Of a stretch of DNA of 64,000 nucleotides, positions 38,338-47,631 are shown piece by piece. Every line of letters starts with the position of its first letter. Positions within the stretch are counted from its first letter, which is position 1. This DNA is from Paracoccaceae bacterium (GTDB taxonomy: Bacteria; Pseudomonadota; Alphaproteobacteria; Rhodobacterales; Rhodobacteraceae): the NCBI GenBank assembly GCA_031415015.1, contig JANOQT010000090.1:30688-94687 (forward strand), in the 5' to 3' direction. Made by a program: the position numbers and the translations under genes. Under the pieces are notes generated by a model. It did no database searches and was not told the origin of the DNA. It worked only from the letters and a program-made list of their open reading frames with translations.

Positions 38338-39671
38338 CCCCGCCAAAGCCCAAGTCCCGGCCGGACCGGGTGTCGCTCTGGGGTTACCTGCGCCTGTTTC
38401 GCAGCGATATCCTGTCGGCCCAGCCCGCGCGGCTGTACCACGCCTGGATGGCAGAGTTTCGCACGCCGTTCTTTCGCAGCTATCTGTGCAATGACCCGGC
38501 CCTGGTGCGCCGCGTGCTGGATGAACGCCCCGCCGATTTCCCGAAATCCGCCCGGGTGACCGAAGGTCTGGCCCCGCTGTTGGGCCGGTCGGTTTTTGTG
38601 ACCAATGGCGCGGAATGGCTGCACCAGCGCCGCATCATCGACCCCGCGTTCGAGGGCGGTCGCCTGCGCGAAGCGTTTCCCGCGATCTGGGCTGCGGCCG
38701 AGGCTGCGGTCGCCCGCCAGCGCCCCGGCGAGACCGAGGTGGAACTGGCCGCCAGCCACGCCGCGGCGGATGTGATCTTTCGCACGCTGTTTTCCATCCC
38801 CATCGAAGACGCGACCGCGCAAGCCGTGTTCCACGAATTCCGCGCCTATCAGCGCAGCCAGCCGATCCTGAACCTTGCCGCCTTTCTGCCGCTGCCGCGC
38901 TGGATGCCGCGCCTGCACCGGCGGGCCACAACCCGGTCCGCCCGGGTCATCCGGGGCTTGATCACCCGTCTTACTGCCGCCCGGGCCAAGGCGATTGCCG
39001 ATGGCAGCGCCCCCGCCGATTTTGCCACCAAGATCATGACCACGCCCGATCCGGTGACCGGTGTCGCGTTCGGCACCACCGAAATGGTCGATCAGGTGGC
39101 GATCTTCTTTCTGGCCGGGCATGAGACCAGTGCCTCGGCTCTGGCATGGGCGCTGTATCTGCTGGCGACGCATCCGGACGCGCAGGACCGGGTGGCAGCC
39201 GAAGCCGCCGGACTCGCTCCAACCTTCGGCACCGTCAGCACCCTGCGCTTTACCCGTGACGTGTTCCGCGAAACCCTGCGACTCTATCCGCCGGTGCCGA
39301 TGATGGTGCGCCAGAACCTGCAGCAGGAGGATTTTCGCGGGCGGCAAATCCGCCCCGGCGCTCAGGTGGTGATCAGCCCCTGGCATCTGCACCGGCATGA
39401 CCGGATCTGGGCCACCCCCGATGCGTTCGACCCCGACCGCTGGCAGACCGAGGCCGCCCGCGAAAGCGCCCGCGCCGGATATCTGCCGTTCTCCAGCGGC
39501 CCGCGCGTCTGCCCCGGTGCGGGCTTTGCGATGCTGGAGGGGGTGCTGTTGCTGGCCCATCTGGTCCGGGCGTTCCGGTTCGTGGCTGTCGAGGGCAAGG
39601 TGCCGGTCCCCGTCGCGCACCTGACAGTGCGGGCGCGTGACGGGATATGGCTGCGGGTGATGCCACGGTAA
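38334..39671 (+). CDS. cytochrome P450
   Basis: I-helix 'LAGHETSA', 'ETLRLYPP' (ExxR) and the heme loop 'FSSGPRVCPGAGFA'. 445 aa. Confidence 0.9.
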   Translation: MTPPKPKSRPDRVSLWGYLRLFRSDILSAQPARLYHAWMAEFRTPFFRSYLCNDPALVRRVLDERPADFPKSARVTEGLAPLLGRSVFVTNGAEWLHQRRIIDPAFEGGRLREAFPAIWAAAEAAVARQRPGETEVELAASHAAADVIFRTLFSIPIEDATAQAVFHEFRAYQRSQPILNLAAFLPLPRWMPRLHRRATTRSARVIRGLITRLTAARAKAIADGSAPADFATKIMTTPDPVTGVAFGTTEMVDQVAIFFLAGHETSASALAWALYLLATHPDAQDRVAAEAAGLAPTFGTVSTLRFTRDVFRETLRLYPPVPMMVRQNLQQEDFRGRQIRPGAQVVISPWHLHRHDRIWATPDAFDPDRWQTEAARESARAGYLPFSSGPRVCPGAGFAMLEGVLLLAHLVRAFRFVAVEGKVPVPVAHLTVRARDGIWLRVMPR

Positions 39672-39691
39672 GATGGGCAATATTGCCCATC
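39672..39691. repeat. perfect 20-nt palindrome GATGGGCAAT|ATTGCCCATC (REP/hairpin element, copy 2)
   Basis: Read directly. Starts right after the P450 stop, between convergent genes. Shares GATGGGC...GCCCATCCTACG with the copy at 25291. Confidence 0.8.
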
Positions 39692-39707
39692 CTACGTGAC
39701 GACAGTG

Positions 39708-41225
39708 TTAATCCTCATCCCCCGCGATCTGTGCCAGCACCGCGCCCCGCCCGCGCAGCCGCAGGATCATCGGCACGATCAGTGCCAGCGCGGCGATGCC
39801 GATCAGGATTGCGGACAGGGGGGTGGACACCAGCGTCGTCCAGTCGCCCTGTGCAATGGCCAGCGCCCGGCGCAACTGCGCCTCGGCCATCGGGCCAAGG
39901 ATCATTCCCACGACGACCGGCGCGATGGGATAGCCGAACAGCCGCATGCCGTAGCCCAGAAAGCCGAACAGGGCGAGCATGGTCAGTTCCACCGATGACG
40001 GATTGACCCCGATGGTGCCCAGCGTGGCAAACATCAGAATACCGGCATAAAGCCACGGGCGCGGGATGCGCAGCAGCAGGACCCAGAACCGGATCAGCGG
40101 CAGGTTCAGCACCAGCAGCATCACGTTGGCAATCAGCAGGCTGGCGATCAGCCCCCAGACCAGTTCCGGCGCCGTGGCAAACAGTAGCGGGCCCGGTTGC
40201 AGCCCGAATTGCTGGAAGCCCGCCAGCATGATGGCCGCCGTGGCCGTGGTCGGCAGGCCCAACGTCAACAGCGGCACCAGCGTGCCCGCTGCGGCGGCGT
40301 TGTTGGCAGCCTCCGGCCCCGCGACGCCCTCGATTGCGCCGTGGCCGAATTCCTCGGGGTATTTCGACATGCGCTTCTCGGTGCCGTAGGACAGGAAACT
40401 GGCAATATCGGCCCCGCCTGCGGGCATCGCCCCGATGGGAAAGCCGATGGCCGATCCGCGCAGCCAGGCGGGCCAGGACCGTTTCCAATCCGCCTTGGTC
40501 ATGCGGACCGACCCGCGAATGTCCTGCACCCTGTCATCCCCGCCGCCGCCTTGGGCCGATACGAACAGCGCCTCTCCCAGCGCAAACATCGCAACCGCCA
40601 GTGTGGTTACCTCCACCCCGTCCAGCAGTTGCGGCACGCCGAACGACATCCGCGCCTGCCCGGTCAGCCCGTCGATGCCGACGACCGCAAGGCCCAACCC
40701 GATGAACAGCGAGGTGATTCCCTTCAGCGTAGACTCTCCGAACGCCGCCGACACCGTCACAAAGGCCAGCAGCATCAGCGCGAAGTACTCACGCGGGCCG
40801 AACACCAGCGCCAGCTTGACGATCTGCGGCGCAAGGAAGGCCAGCGCCAGCGTCGCCAGCAGCCCCGCCACGAAAGACCCGATGGCCGCAGTGGCCAGCG
40901 CCGGGCCGCCGCGCCCGGCGCGCGCCATGCGGTTGCCCTCCAGCGCGGTGACGATCGACGCACTTTCGCCGGGCGTGTTCAGCAGGATCGAGGTGGTCGA
41001 TCCGCCGTACATCCCACCGTAATAGATGCCCGCAAACATGATCAGCGACCCCGCCGGGTCCAGCCCGTAGGTGGCCGGCAACAACAGCGCCACCGTCAGC
41101 GCCGGACCGATTCCCGGCAACACGCCGACGGCGGTGCCCAGCGTCACGCCGATCAGCGCGTACATCAGGATCATCGGCTGCATCGCCGTACCAAGGCCCT
41201 GCAGCAGGAACTCGAATGTGCTCAT
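39708..41225 (-). CDS. tctA: tripartite tricarboxylate transporter permease TctA
   Basis: 505-aa multi-TM protein ('[17 protein letters not shown]', '[14 protein letters not shown]'). Gene order tctC-tctB-tctA. Confidence 0.9.
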   Translation of the reverse strand: MSTFEFLLQGLGTAMQPMILMYALIGVTLGTAVGVLPGIGPALTVALLLPATYGLDPAGSLIMFAGIYYGGMYGGSTTSILLNTPGESASIVTALEGNRMARAGRGGPALATAAIGSFVAGLLATLALAFLAPQIVKLALVFGPREYFALMLLAFVTVSAAFGESTLKGITSLFIGLGLAVVGIDGLTGQARMSFGVPQLLDGVEVTTLAVAMFALGEALFVSAQGGGGDDRVQDIRGSVRMTKADWKRSWPAWLRGSAIGFPIGAMPAGGADIASFLSYGTEKRMSKYPEEFGHGAIEGVAGPEAANNAAAAGTLVPLLTLGLPTTATAAIMLAGFQQFGLQPGPLLFATAPELVWGLIASLLIANVMLLVLNLPLIRFWVLLLRIPRPWLYAGILMFATLGTIGVNPSSVELTMLALFGFLGYGMRLFGYPIAPVVVGMILGPMAEAQLRRALAIAQGDWTTLVSTPLSAILIGIAALALIVPMILRLRGRGAVLAQIAGDED

Positions 41226-41226
41226 C

Positions 41227-41715
41227 TCAGCCGCCCCAGATCAGGGTTTCAAGAACGCCGCCCGGCAGGTTCAACTGCAACAGCCGGTCAAAGATGCCGT
41301 AGATAAAGAATGCCAACACGATCCCCACCGGCAGGGTAAGCGCCAGATTGCGCTTGCCAAATGCAGCGGCGGTCGCGGCGAACAGCAGGCCCGTCGCCAC
41401 CGAAAAGCCCACGACATGCAGCAGGGCGATCTGCGCCGCCAGCCCGCCCCCGATCCACAACAGCGCCACCGGGTTCTGCCGGGGCACATCGGCCAGCCGA
41501 CCCCTGAACCCGCCAAGCGCCGTCAGACCCGCCAGCACGATCAGGACCAGACCCACCAGACGCGGCATCGCGGCGGGCCCGATCCCGGCATAGCCGCCGG
41601 TTTCGGGGATGCGGGCGGCATCCCACAGCAGGATCGCCCCAAACACCGCCAGCAGCCCCGCGATGATGAACGCCGCCCCATCGGGGCGGCGTCCAGTTCC
41701 GGTTTTCCCGGTCAT
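41227..41715 (-). CDS. tctB: tripartite tricarboxylate transporter TctB-family small membrane subunit
   Basis: 162-aa four-TM-like protein between tctC and tctA. Confidence 0.75.
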   Translation of the reverse strand: MTGKTGTGRRPDGAAFIIAGLLAVFGAILLWDAARIPETGGYAGIGPAAMPRLVGLVLIVLAGLTALGGFRGRLADVPRQNPVALLWIGGGLAAQIALLHVVGFSVATGLLFAATAAAFGKRNLALTLPVGIVLAFFIYGIFDRLLQLNLPGGVLETLIWGG

Positions 41716-42656
41716 TTCACCAGACCGATTTCCTTGAGGATTGCCGTCGTCGCCGCAATCTCGGTCGCCAGCTGCGCGTCGAAATCGGCGCCCGACAGGT
41801 AGGTGTTGGCCCAGCCCTTGGTCTCCAGCGCGGTTTTCCAGCCGGTCGAATTCGCCAGCTTGTCGATGTCCGCCGTCACGGCCGCCTTCTGCTCGTCCGT
41901 CAGGCCGGGTGCTGCGGCAATCATCCGCCAGTTCTGCACGTTGACGTCATAGCCAGACTCAATCAGCGTCGGCGCATCGGTGCCGGCCCATTTCTCGGCC
42001 GTCGACACCGCAAGGATGCGCATCGTCCCGGCCTCGACCTGTGGAAGGAATTCCCCCACGCCGGAAATACCAGCCGTCACCTGATTGCCCAGGATCGCCG
42101 CCAGCGCCTCGCCGCCACCCGAAAAGGCGACGTAGTTGATCTTGGTCGGATCGACGCCCGCCGCCTTGGCCAGCAGCCCCACGGTGATATGGTCCACCCC
42201 GCCCGCAGACCCGCCCGCCCAGGACACCGACCCCGGATCGGCCTTCATCTTCTCGACAAGGTCCTGAATTGTCTGCAACTCTGACGCCGCGGGCACCGCA
42301 ATCGCCACCGCCTCGCCGGTCAGCCGCGCAATCGGCGTCACATCGGCCAGCGACACCGGCGAGGCGTTGGTCAGGATCGCGCCGACCATCACATACCCGC
42401 CGACGATCAGCTGCGACGGATCTCCCGCTGCCGCCGACGCGAACTGCGCCAGACCCACAGTGCCACCCGCGCCCGGCACGTTCTGCACCTGCACGTTGCC
42501 CGCGATACCTTCGGCGACCATCACTTCCTGAAGGGTGCGGGCCGTCGAATCCCAGCCGCCACCGGGGGCGGCCGGGGCCATGATCATGTAATCTTCCGCA
42601 AAGGCTGCGGTCGCGGCGGCCACGGCAAACGCCGCGCCGAAAAGGGCGTGTTTCAT
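41712..42656 (-). CDS. tctC: tripartite tricarboxylate transporter substrate-binding protein TctC (Bug family)
   Basis: Signal peptide (MKHALFGAAFAVAAATAAFA). 'GGGWD..AR', 'NVPGAGGTVG'. GGAGGAG Shine-Dalgarno before the ATG at 42656. Confidence 0.9.
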   Translation of the reverse strand: MKHALFGAAFAVAAATAAFAEDYMIMAPAAPGGGWDSTARTLQEVMVAEGIAGNVQVQNVPGAGGTVGLAQFASAAAGDPSQLIVGGYVMVGAILTNASPVSLADVTPIARLTGEAVAIAVPAASELQTIQDLVEKMKADPGSVSWAGGSAGGVDHITVGLLAKAAGVDPTKINYVAFSGGGEALAAILGNQVTAGISGVGEFLPQVEAGTMRILAVSTAEKWAGTDAPTLIESGYDVNVQNWRMIAAAPGLTDEQKAAVTADIDKLANSTGWKTALETKGWANTYLSGADFDAQLATEIAATTAILKEIGLVK

Positions 42657-42748
42657 GTCAGTCTCCTCCCATGGCACGCAGATGTGCCGGATCAGTGCGG
42701 GTGACGCCTCCTCGCGTCATCCCATCCCTGCAATCCAACACAAAAACC

Positions 42749-42764
42749 TGTCAGCAAGCTGACA
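42749..42764. promoter_or_regulatory. 7-2-7 dyad TGTCAGC-AA-GCTGACA upstream of tctC
   Basis: Read directly. 93 nt upstream of the tctC ATG. Same TGTC-N8-GACA outline as the palindromes at 45052 and 59737. Confidence 0.35.
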
Positions 42765-42836
42765 AGGCAAAGCGAGCACCCGCCGATCCGGACCGGTCAA
42801 GCCGGTCATCCCCGCGCTTTCACCGTCTTGGGCGGG

Positions 42837-43562
42837 CTAGAACAGCTTCAGCGGGCACAACGGATCAAAGCGCAGATCGTCGATGGCGATCCCGCCAAGG
42901 TCAAGGTTCTGCAGAAAGACCCCGGCAATCTGCGCCTCTGCCTGACCGGCCTGCATATAGCCAAGCGCCACCGCGCCCTCGGGATTGTAGGACCGCATGA
43001 ACGAGGCCAGCTGGCCCCCCTCGGCGTTGTAAAAGCGGATGTTCAATGACCCCTCGGCGCGGCCGCGCAGGATGGTGTTGTTGACGTTCCCATGGCGCGA
43101 CATCCCGTCGATCCCGGTCCGGAAAGCCAGAAAACAGACCGGCGGATCGAACCGGATCGCCAGCGCCCCGGTGCCCAGATTGCGCCCGGGATCCGGGCCC
43201 AACGGATGCAAGGCCAGCGATCCCCAATGCGCGTCCGGCCGGATGGCAAGGTTCTGGCCGCCTGCACCGGCCTGCGGGCGCAAGGGCGCTGCCGGGACCT
43301 TGTGATCCAGAACCTCATGCCAGACCAACCCGTCATCCTGCTTTACCCGCAGTGTCTGCCCGTAAAACCGCTCGCCGAACGTCACCCCCGGATAGGCCAG
43401 AACACCATCCGCCGGTGGCTGGCCAAGCGTCTCGAAGTCGATGGCGTCGGGCACGAAGTCCTCGATCTCGGCATAAGAGATTTCCTTGATCGAAAAGGTG
43501 TCGGCCCGGCAGGGCAGGGCGTGCAGAAGACAGATGAAAACGAGTGTGGGGCGGAACCGCAT
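42837..43562 (-). CDS. exported protein of unknown function (241 aa)
   Basis: Signal peptide (LVFICLLHALPCRA). No motif I can assign. C-terminal 'GGIAIDDLRF'. Confidence 0.6.
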   Translation of the reverse strand: MRFRPTLVFICLLHALPCRADTFSIKEISYAEIEDFVPDAIDFETLGQPPADGVLAYPGVTFGERFYGQTLRVKQDDGLVWHEVLDHKVPAAPLRPQAGAGGQNLAIRPDAHWGSLALHPLGPDPGRNLGTGALAIRFDPPVCFLAFRTGIDGMSRHGNVNNTILRGRAEGSLNIRFYNAEGGQLASFMRSYNPEGAVALGYMQAGQAEAQIAGVFLQNLDLGGIAIDDLRFDPLCPLKLF

Positions 43563-43824
43563 CCCGGAACGGTGTCACGCTGCGCGCGGGCCGACAAGGG
43601 GTGCCGCAGGCCATCGGGCGTGCAGATGGACTGTGCGTCCTGCTCCATGATGGGAACCCCATTTCGTCACAGCATAGGGCCGCGCCCTTGTTCCGGGCCA
43701 AGGGCTTGCGACTGATCTGGCGACTGCGCCTCAAGACGGCGTTCAGACGTCGCCGGTCATTCTTGTGGGCCGGATGTCAGCTGGACAGGTGATGCCCAGA
43801 CGGGTGCTGCAGGCCGCCGCGACC

Positions 43825-44874
43825 CTACCGCCCCAACGCCTTTTCCCACCGCGCCAGAATCCGTGCGCGCTTTGACTGGTCAAGATAGGCCAGCAGTCCC
43901 GGGCTGACCGGCACCGGGCGCAGCTGGTCACCCAGCTCTGCCTGCATGGCAAGGGCCGAGTTTTCCACCGACACCTCCAGCGACACCGCTGCCAGACGCA
44001 GCTTGTCGGCCATCAGCGTCTGCCCTTCGCGCCCCATCAGAAAGGCCAGAAAGGCGGTGCCAAGGTCCGGCCGCCCGGCGGCGCGCGGCACCAGACCGAC
44101 CCGGCTGACCACCACGGTGAAATCCTTCAACAGCACGATTCCCAGATCGGGTTTCCGCCGCGCCCAATCGTCGGCATAAGAGCCAAGGATGTTGTAACCC
44201 AGCGCCAGCCGCCCGTCGGCCACCCGGTCGATGATCTCCTGACTGGTCGGAAAAGTTTGCAGCCCCGCCCCGCCCATGGCGGCCACCAGTGACCAGATGT
44301 CGGCGAAATGTTCGGCATCGCGGGCCAGATAAAGATACCCTACGGCTGACCGGCTCACATCATAGGTGCCGATGCGGCCCCGTGCGGCCGGGGTGGCCAG
44401 CCAGTCGATCACCTCCAGCCGCGATTGCGGCGGGCCTTGCGGAAACGAAGGCTTGTGCCACACCAGCACGCCGGGCTCGTAGGTCAGTGCAAAGGCGGTA
44501 TCGCGCCAGTTCGCCCAATCCGGCCAGCGTTCGGCCTCCGGCACCGTCACCGCCTGAGCATAGCCGTCATTGGCCAGCTTGACCTGAAGGTCCATGGCCG
44601 AGGAAAAGGCAAAGTCCGCCGTTGCCTGCCCGGCGTCGGTCTCCGCGACAACACGCGCCGCGATCTCTGTCGCCAGCAGGTCATCATAGCGCACCGCAAC
44701 CCCGGGGTTTGCCGCCTGAAATGCCGCGATCAGCGGCCCTGCCAGCGGTTCATCCAGCGTGGAATAGATCACCAGTTCGCCCGTCTGTGTGCCTTCAGTC
44801 GGATAGAGAAACACCTCCGCCTGCGCCGGGCCGGGCAGGATCAGGGTCGCAAGACTGAGAGCGTACCGCCACAT
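43825..44874 (-). CDS. periplasmic solute-binding protein (ABC family 1, Fe3+/FbpA-like), orphan
   Basis: Start at the internal ATG at 44874 (MWRYALSLATLILPGPAQA). 'LVIYSTLDEPL...FQAANPGVAV'. No permease or ATPase gene adjacent. Confidence 0.75.
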   Translation of the reverse strand: MWRYALSLATLILPGPAQAEVFLYPTEGTQTGELVIYSTLDEPLAGPLIAAFQAANPGVAVRYDDLLATEIAARVVAETDAGQATADFAFSSAMDLQVKLANDGYAQAVTVPEAERWPDWANWRDTAFALTYEPGVLVWHKPSFPQGPPQSRLEVIDWLATPAARGRIGTYDVSRSAVGYLYLARDAEHFADIWSLVAAMGGAGLQTFPTSQEIIDRVADGRLALGYNILGSYADDWARRKPDLGIVLLKDFTVVVSRVGLVPRAAGRPDLGTAFLAFLMGREGQTLMADKLRLAAVSLEVSVENSALAMQAELGDQLRPVPVSPGLLAYLDQSKRARILARWEKALGR

Positions 44875-45051
44875 GACGGCAAGACTGCCCGATGCGGCCG
44901 GATTTCTCAACCTCCGGTGTCCGACGCGGCGGGTCGTTCTGCCGGTTATCGCGCGCTCACATCCCGTCGGCACGCGGCTTCTGCGCCACTCAAACCTTAA
45001 CAGATACTGAATTCAGATTCGTAACCCATTGAAAGAGTTCACCCCAGATTT

Positions 45052-45067
45052 TGTCCACGCGTGGACA
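45052..45067. promoter_or_regulatory. perfect 16-bp palindrome TGTCCACGCGTGGACA next to the putative tctD promoter
   Basis: Read directly. 6 nt upstream of a TTGCCC-N17-TAGGGT promoter-like pair. Identical 16-mer at 59737..59752. Confidence 0.5.
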
Positions 45068-45127
45068 CGTCTGTTGCCCCGCTTGCTCCAGATGCCTAGG
45101 GTTGGACGGGGGAAGGGGGCCTACAAG

Positions 45128-45805
45128 ATGCGCCTTTTGCTGGTCGAGGATGATCTGCCGCTGGCCGAGGCGCTGACCGCCCTGCTGGTCGGGTCAGGCC
45201 ATGCCGTCGACTGCGCCCACGACGGCCTGTCCGCCGAGGCGCTGCCGCGGGCCGAACAGATCGAGCTGGTGATCCTTGATCTGAACCTCCCCGGTCTTGA
45301 CGGCCTCAGCCTCCTGCGCCGCATCCGGTCGCGCACCCCGTCGCCCGCGGTGATGATCCTGACCGCACGCGGCTCGGCCGAAGAGCGGGTACGGGGCCTC
45401 GACCTCGGGGCGGACGACTACATGACCAAACCCTTCGATGTGCGCGAGTTCGAGGCGCGGGTGCGGTCACTTCTGCGCAGGCAGGCGGGGTTGAAATCCG
45501 CGCTGGTGCGGCTGGGCGACATGACGCTGGACCTGACAACGCGCCAGTTCGCCGCTGACGGTGCCGCACTGGATCTGCCGCCCCGCGAGCGTGCCCTGCT
45601 GGAGCTGTTCTTCCTCAGGGCCGGCAAGGTGGTGACGAAAGAGGCCATCGTGCAGTCGCTGACCTCGCTGGACGATCTGCTGTCGGATAACGCCATCGAG
45701 CAATATGTCTCACGTCTCAGGCGGCGGATCGCGCCTTTCGGGCTGAACCTGCGCACGGCACGCGGGCTTGGGTATCTTCTGGAAAAGCCGGCGGACGGGG
45801 CATGA
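45128..45805 (+). CDS. OmpR-family response regulator, TctD-like
   Basis: 'MRLLLVEDDLPLAEAL...ILDLNLPGLDG' plus a winged-helix C-terminus ('LRTARGLGYLL'). ATG at 45128. Confidence 0.85.
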   Translation: MRLLLVEDDLPLAEALTALLVGSGHAVDCAHDGLSAEALPRAEQIELVILDLNLPGLDGLSLLRRIRSRTPSPAVMILTARGSAEERVRGLDLGADDYMTKPFDVREFEARVRSLLRRQAGLKSALVRLGDMTLDLTTRQFAADGAALDLPPRERALLELFFLRAGKVVTKEAIVQSLTSLDDLLSDNAIEQYVSRLRRRIAPFGLNLRTARGLGYLLEKPADGA

Positions 45806-47211
45806 CCAGCTATTCGCTGCGGCGCAGACTGCTGCTGTGGCTGACGCTTGCCACCGCCGCGCTTGGCATCCTTGCGCTGGCCGACACCTGGCGCGAGGCG
45901 GTGCGGACCGCGCAAGGGCTGTCGGACCGGGTGCTGGAAGGATCGGCGCTGGCGATTGCGGAACGGGTGACAGTGGACGAGGGCGGCGGGCTGGAGGTCG
46001 ACATCCCCTTTGCGGCGCTGGAGATGCTGGCGTCCGCTGCAGAGGATCAGGTGTTCTACTGGGTGGATGCGCCGGTGGGAACGTTTCTGACCGGTTACGA
46101 AGCGTTGGCGGTGATACCGGTGAACGACGAGGGGCTGGGGTTCGCCGACGGGGTCTTCGGGGCAGTCCCGATTCGCAGCGCCACGCTGGTCCGCCGCCTG
46201 TCGACAGGCGCCGAGGCGGTTGCGTTTTCGGTCACCGTGGCGGAATCGACGCTTGCACGGACGGAACTGGCGCGGCGGATTCTGATCCGATCGGCTGTGC
46301 GGATTCTGGTTCTCATGCTGTGCACCGTTGCTATCGTCTGGCTCGCAGTGACACTGGCCTTTCGCCCACTGGATCGGTTGGGGGCCGCAATTGCCGAACG
46401 CACGCCGGATGATCTGCGCCCCCTTACAGCCGACGTTCCGCTGGAAGCGGTCCCGCTGGCGGCGGCGGTCAACTCTTTCATGGGCCGGTTGGAGGCGGCA
46501 CTGGCTGCGCTGCGCCATTTCACCGGCAATGCAAGCCATCAGTTGCGCACCCCTCTTGCCACCCTTCGGACGCAGGTGGCACTGGCGCGGCGGGCACCAA
46601 CCGCTGAGCAGGCGGACGCGGCGCTGGAAAAGGCCGACGCCGCGCTGGTGCGGGCAGAACGGGTGCTGGCACAGCTGTTGGCGCTGGCGCGGGTCGATGC
46701 AGCTGCCGGGGCGCGAAGCCTTGGGCCGGTCGATCTGGCCGCGCTGGCGCGCGAGATTGCGGCCGAAATGCTGCCCGAAGCCGCTTTGCGTCAGATCGAC
46801 CTTGGGTATGACGGGCTTGACCGTGCCGAAGTTGCAGCGGAACCGGTACTTTGCGCGGAACTTCTGCGCAACCTGATCGACAATGCCTTGCGCTATGCGG
46901 GCAGTGGGGCCGTGGTCACCGTGCACGTCCGTAACGAGCCGGGCGCTATATTGCTTGAAGTCGAGGATAACGGGCCGGGTCTGGACCCGACGCGCTTGCG
47001 CGACCTGCAGTCAGCAGGCGGCAGCAGAGACATGGTACCCGTTTCGCCGTCAGGTGCGGCAGGCTACGGGCTTGGTCCGGCAATTGTTGCCGAGATTGCA
47101 GGGGTTTTCGGAGCGACGTGCCGCTTTGAACCCGGCACGGGCGGAAGGGGCCTGCGTGTCAGCTGCCGGTTTGCCGCAACGCTGGTGTCCGCGCGGTCAG
47201 CTAGCCTTTAG
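45802..47211 (+). CDS. sensor histidine kinase, TctE-like (2CSK_N-type N-terminus)
   Basis: Overlaps the regulator stop. H-box 'NASHQLRTPLA'. 'NLIDNALRYA', 'GYGLGPAIV'. Confidence 0.8.
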   Translation: MTSYSLRRRLLLWLTLATAALGILALADTWREAVRTAQGLSDRVLEGSALAIAERVTVDEGGGLEVDIPFAALEMLASAAEDQVFYWVDAPVGTFLTGYEALAVIPVNDEGLGFADGVFGAVPIRSATLVRRLSTGAEAVAFSVTVAESTLARTELARRILIRSAVRILVLMLCTVAIVWLAVTLAFRPLDRLGAAIAERTPDDLRPLTADVPLEAVPLAAAVNSFMGRLEAALAALRHFTGNASHQLRTPLATLRTQVALARRAPTAEQADAALEKADAALVRAERVLAQLLALARVDAAAGARSLGPVDLAALAREIAAEMLPEAALRQIDLGYDGLDRAEVAAEPVLCAELLRNLIDNALRYAGSGAVVTVHVRNEPGAILLEVEDNGPGLDPTRLRDLQSAGGSRDMVPVSPSGAAGYGLGPAIVAEIAGVFGATCRFEPGTGGRGLRVSCRFAATLVSARSASL

Positions 47212-47239
47212 TACTTACCCGGAAGGCAAGCAGCTGATG

Positions 47240-47479
47240 TTAAAGAATTTCCACCCGGTAGCTTTCGATCACCGTATTGGCCAGCAGCTTGTCGCACATC
47301 GCCTTGACCGACGCCTCTGCCACGGTCTGATCGGTTTCGGTCAGGTCAAGCTCGATCACCTTGCCCTGCCGGACGCCGTTCACCCCCGGAAACCCAAGCG
47401 ACCCAAGCGCGTGGCGAACCGCCTCGCCCTGCGGATCGAGGACGCCGGATTTCAGCATGACAGTGACGCGGGCTTTCAT
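47240..47479 (-). CDS. purS: phosphoribosylformylglycinamidine synthase subunit PurS
   Basis: 'MKARVTVMLKSGVLDPQGEAVRHALGSLGF...VRQGKVIELDL'. Internal ATG at 47479. Confidence 0.9.
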   Translation of the reverse strand: MKARVTVMLKSGVLDPQGEAVRHALGSLGFPGVNGVRQGKVIELDLTETDQTVAEASVKAMCDKLLANTVIESYRVEIL

Positions 47480-47631
47480 CAGGGCCTCCGGGGAATTGGG
47501 TGGGAGTTGATTAGCGGAGGGTGGGGTGGGGGGCAAGGGTCACCCGCGAAAATGAGCCCGGACAGATCGGGCAAGTCACCCGCCCTCGCAATCAGGATGA
47601 GCAGGTCTGGCGTGCGGGCCAAACCGCTTGC

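Noticed and set aside
38268-39680. 470-aa minus-strand ORF opposite the P450 gene
   Set aside because: The plus-strand frame carries complete P450 signature motifs. The minus-strand product is Gly/Arg/Pro-rich with no signature.
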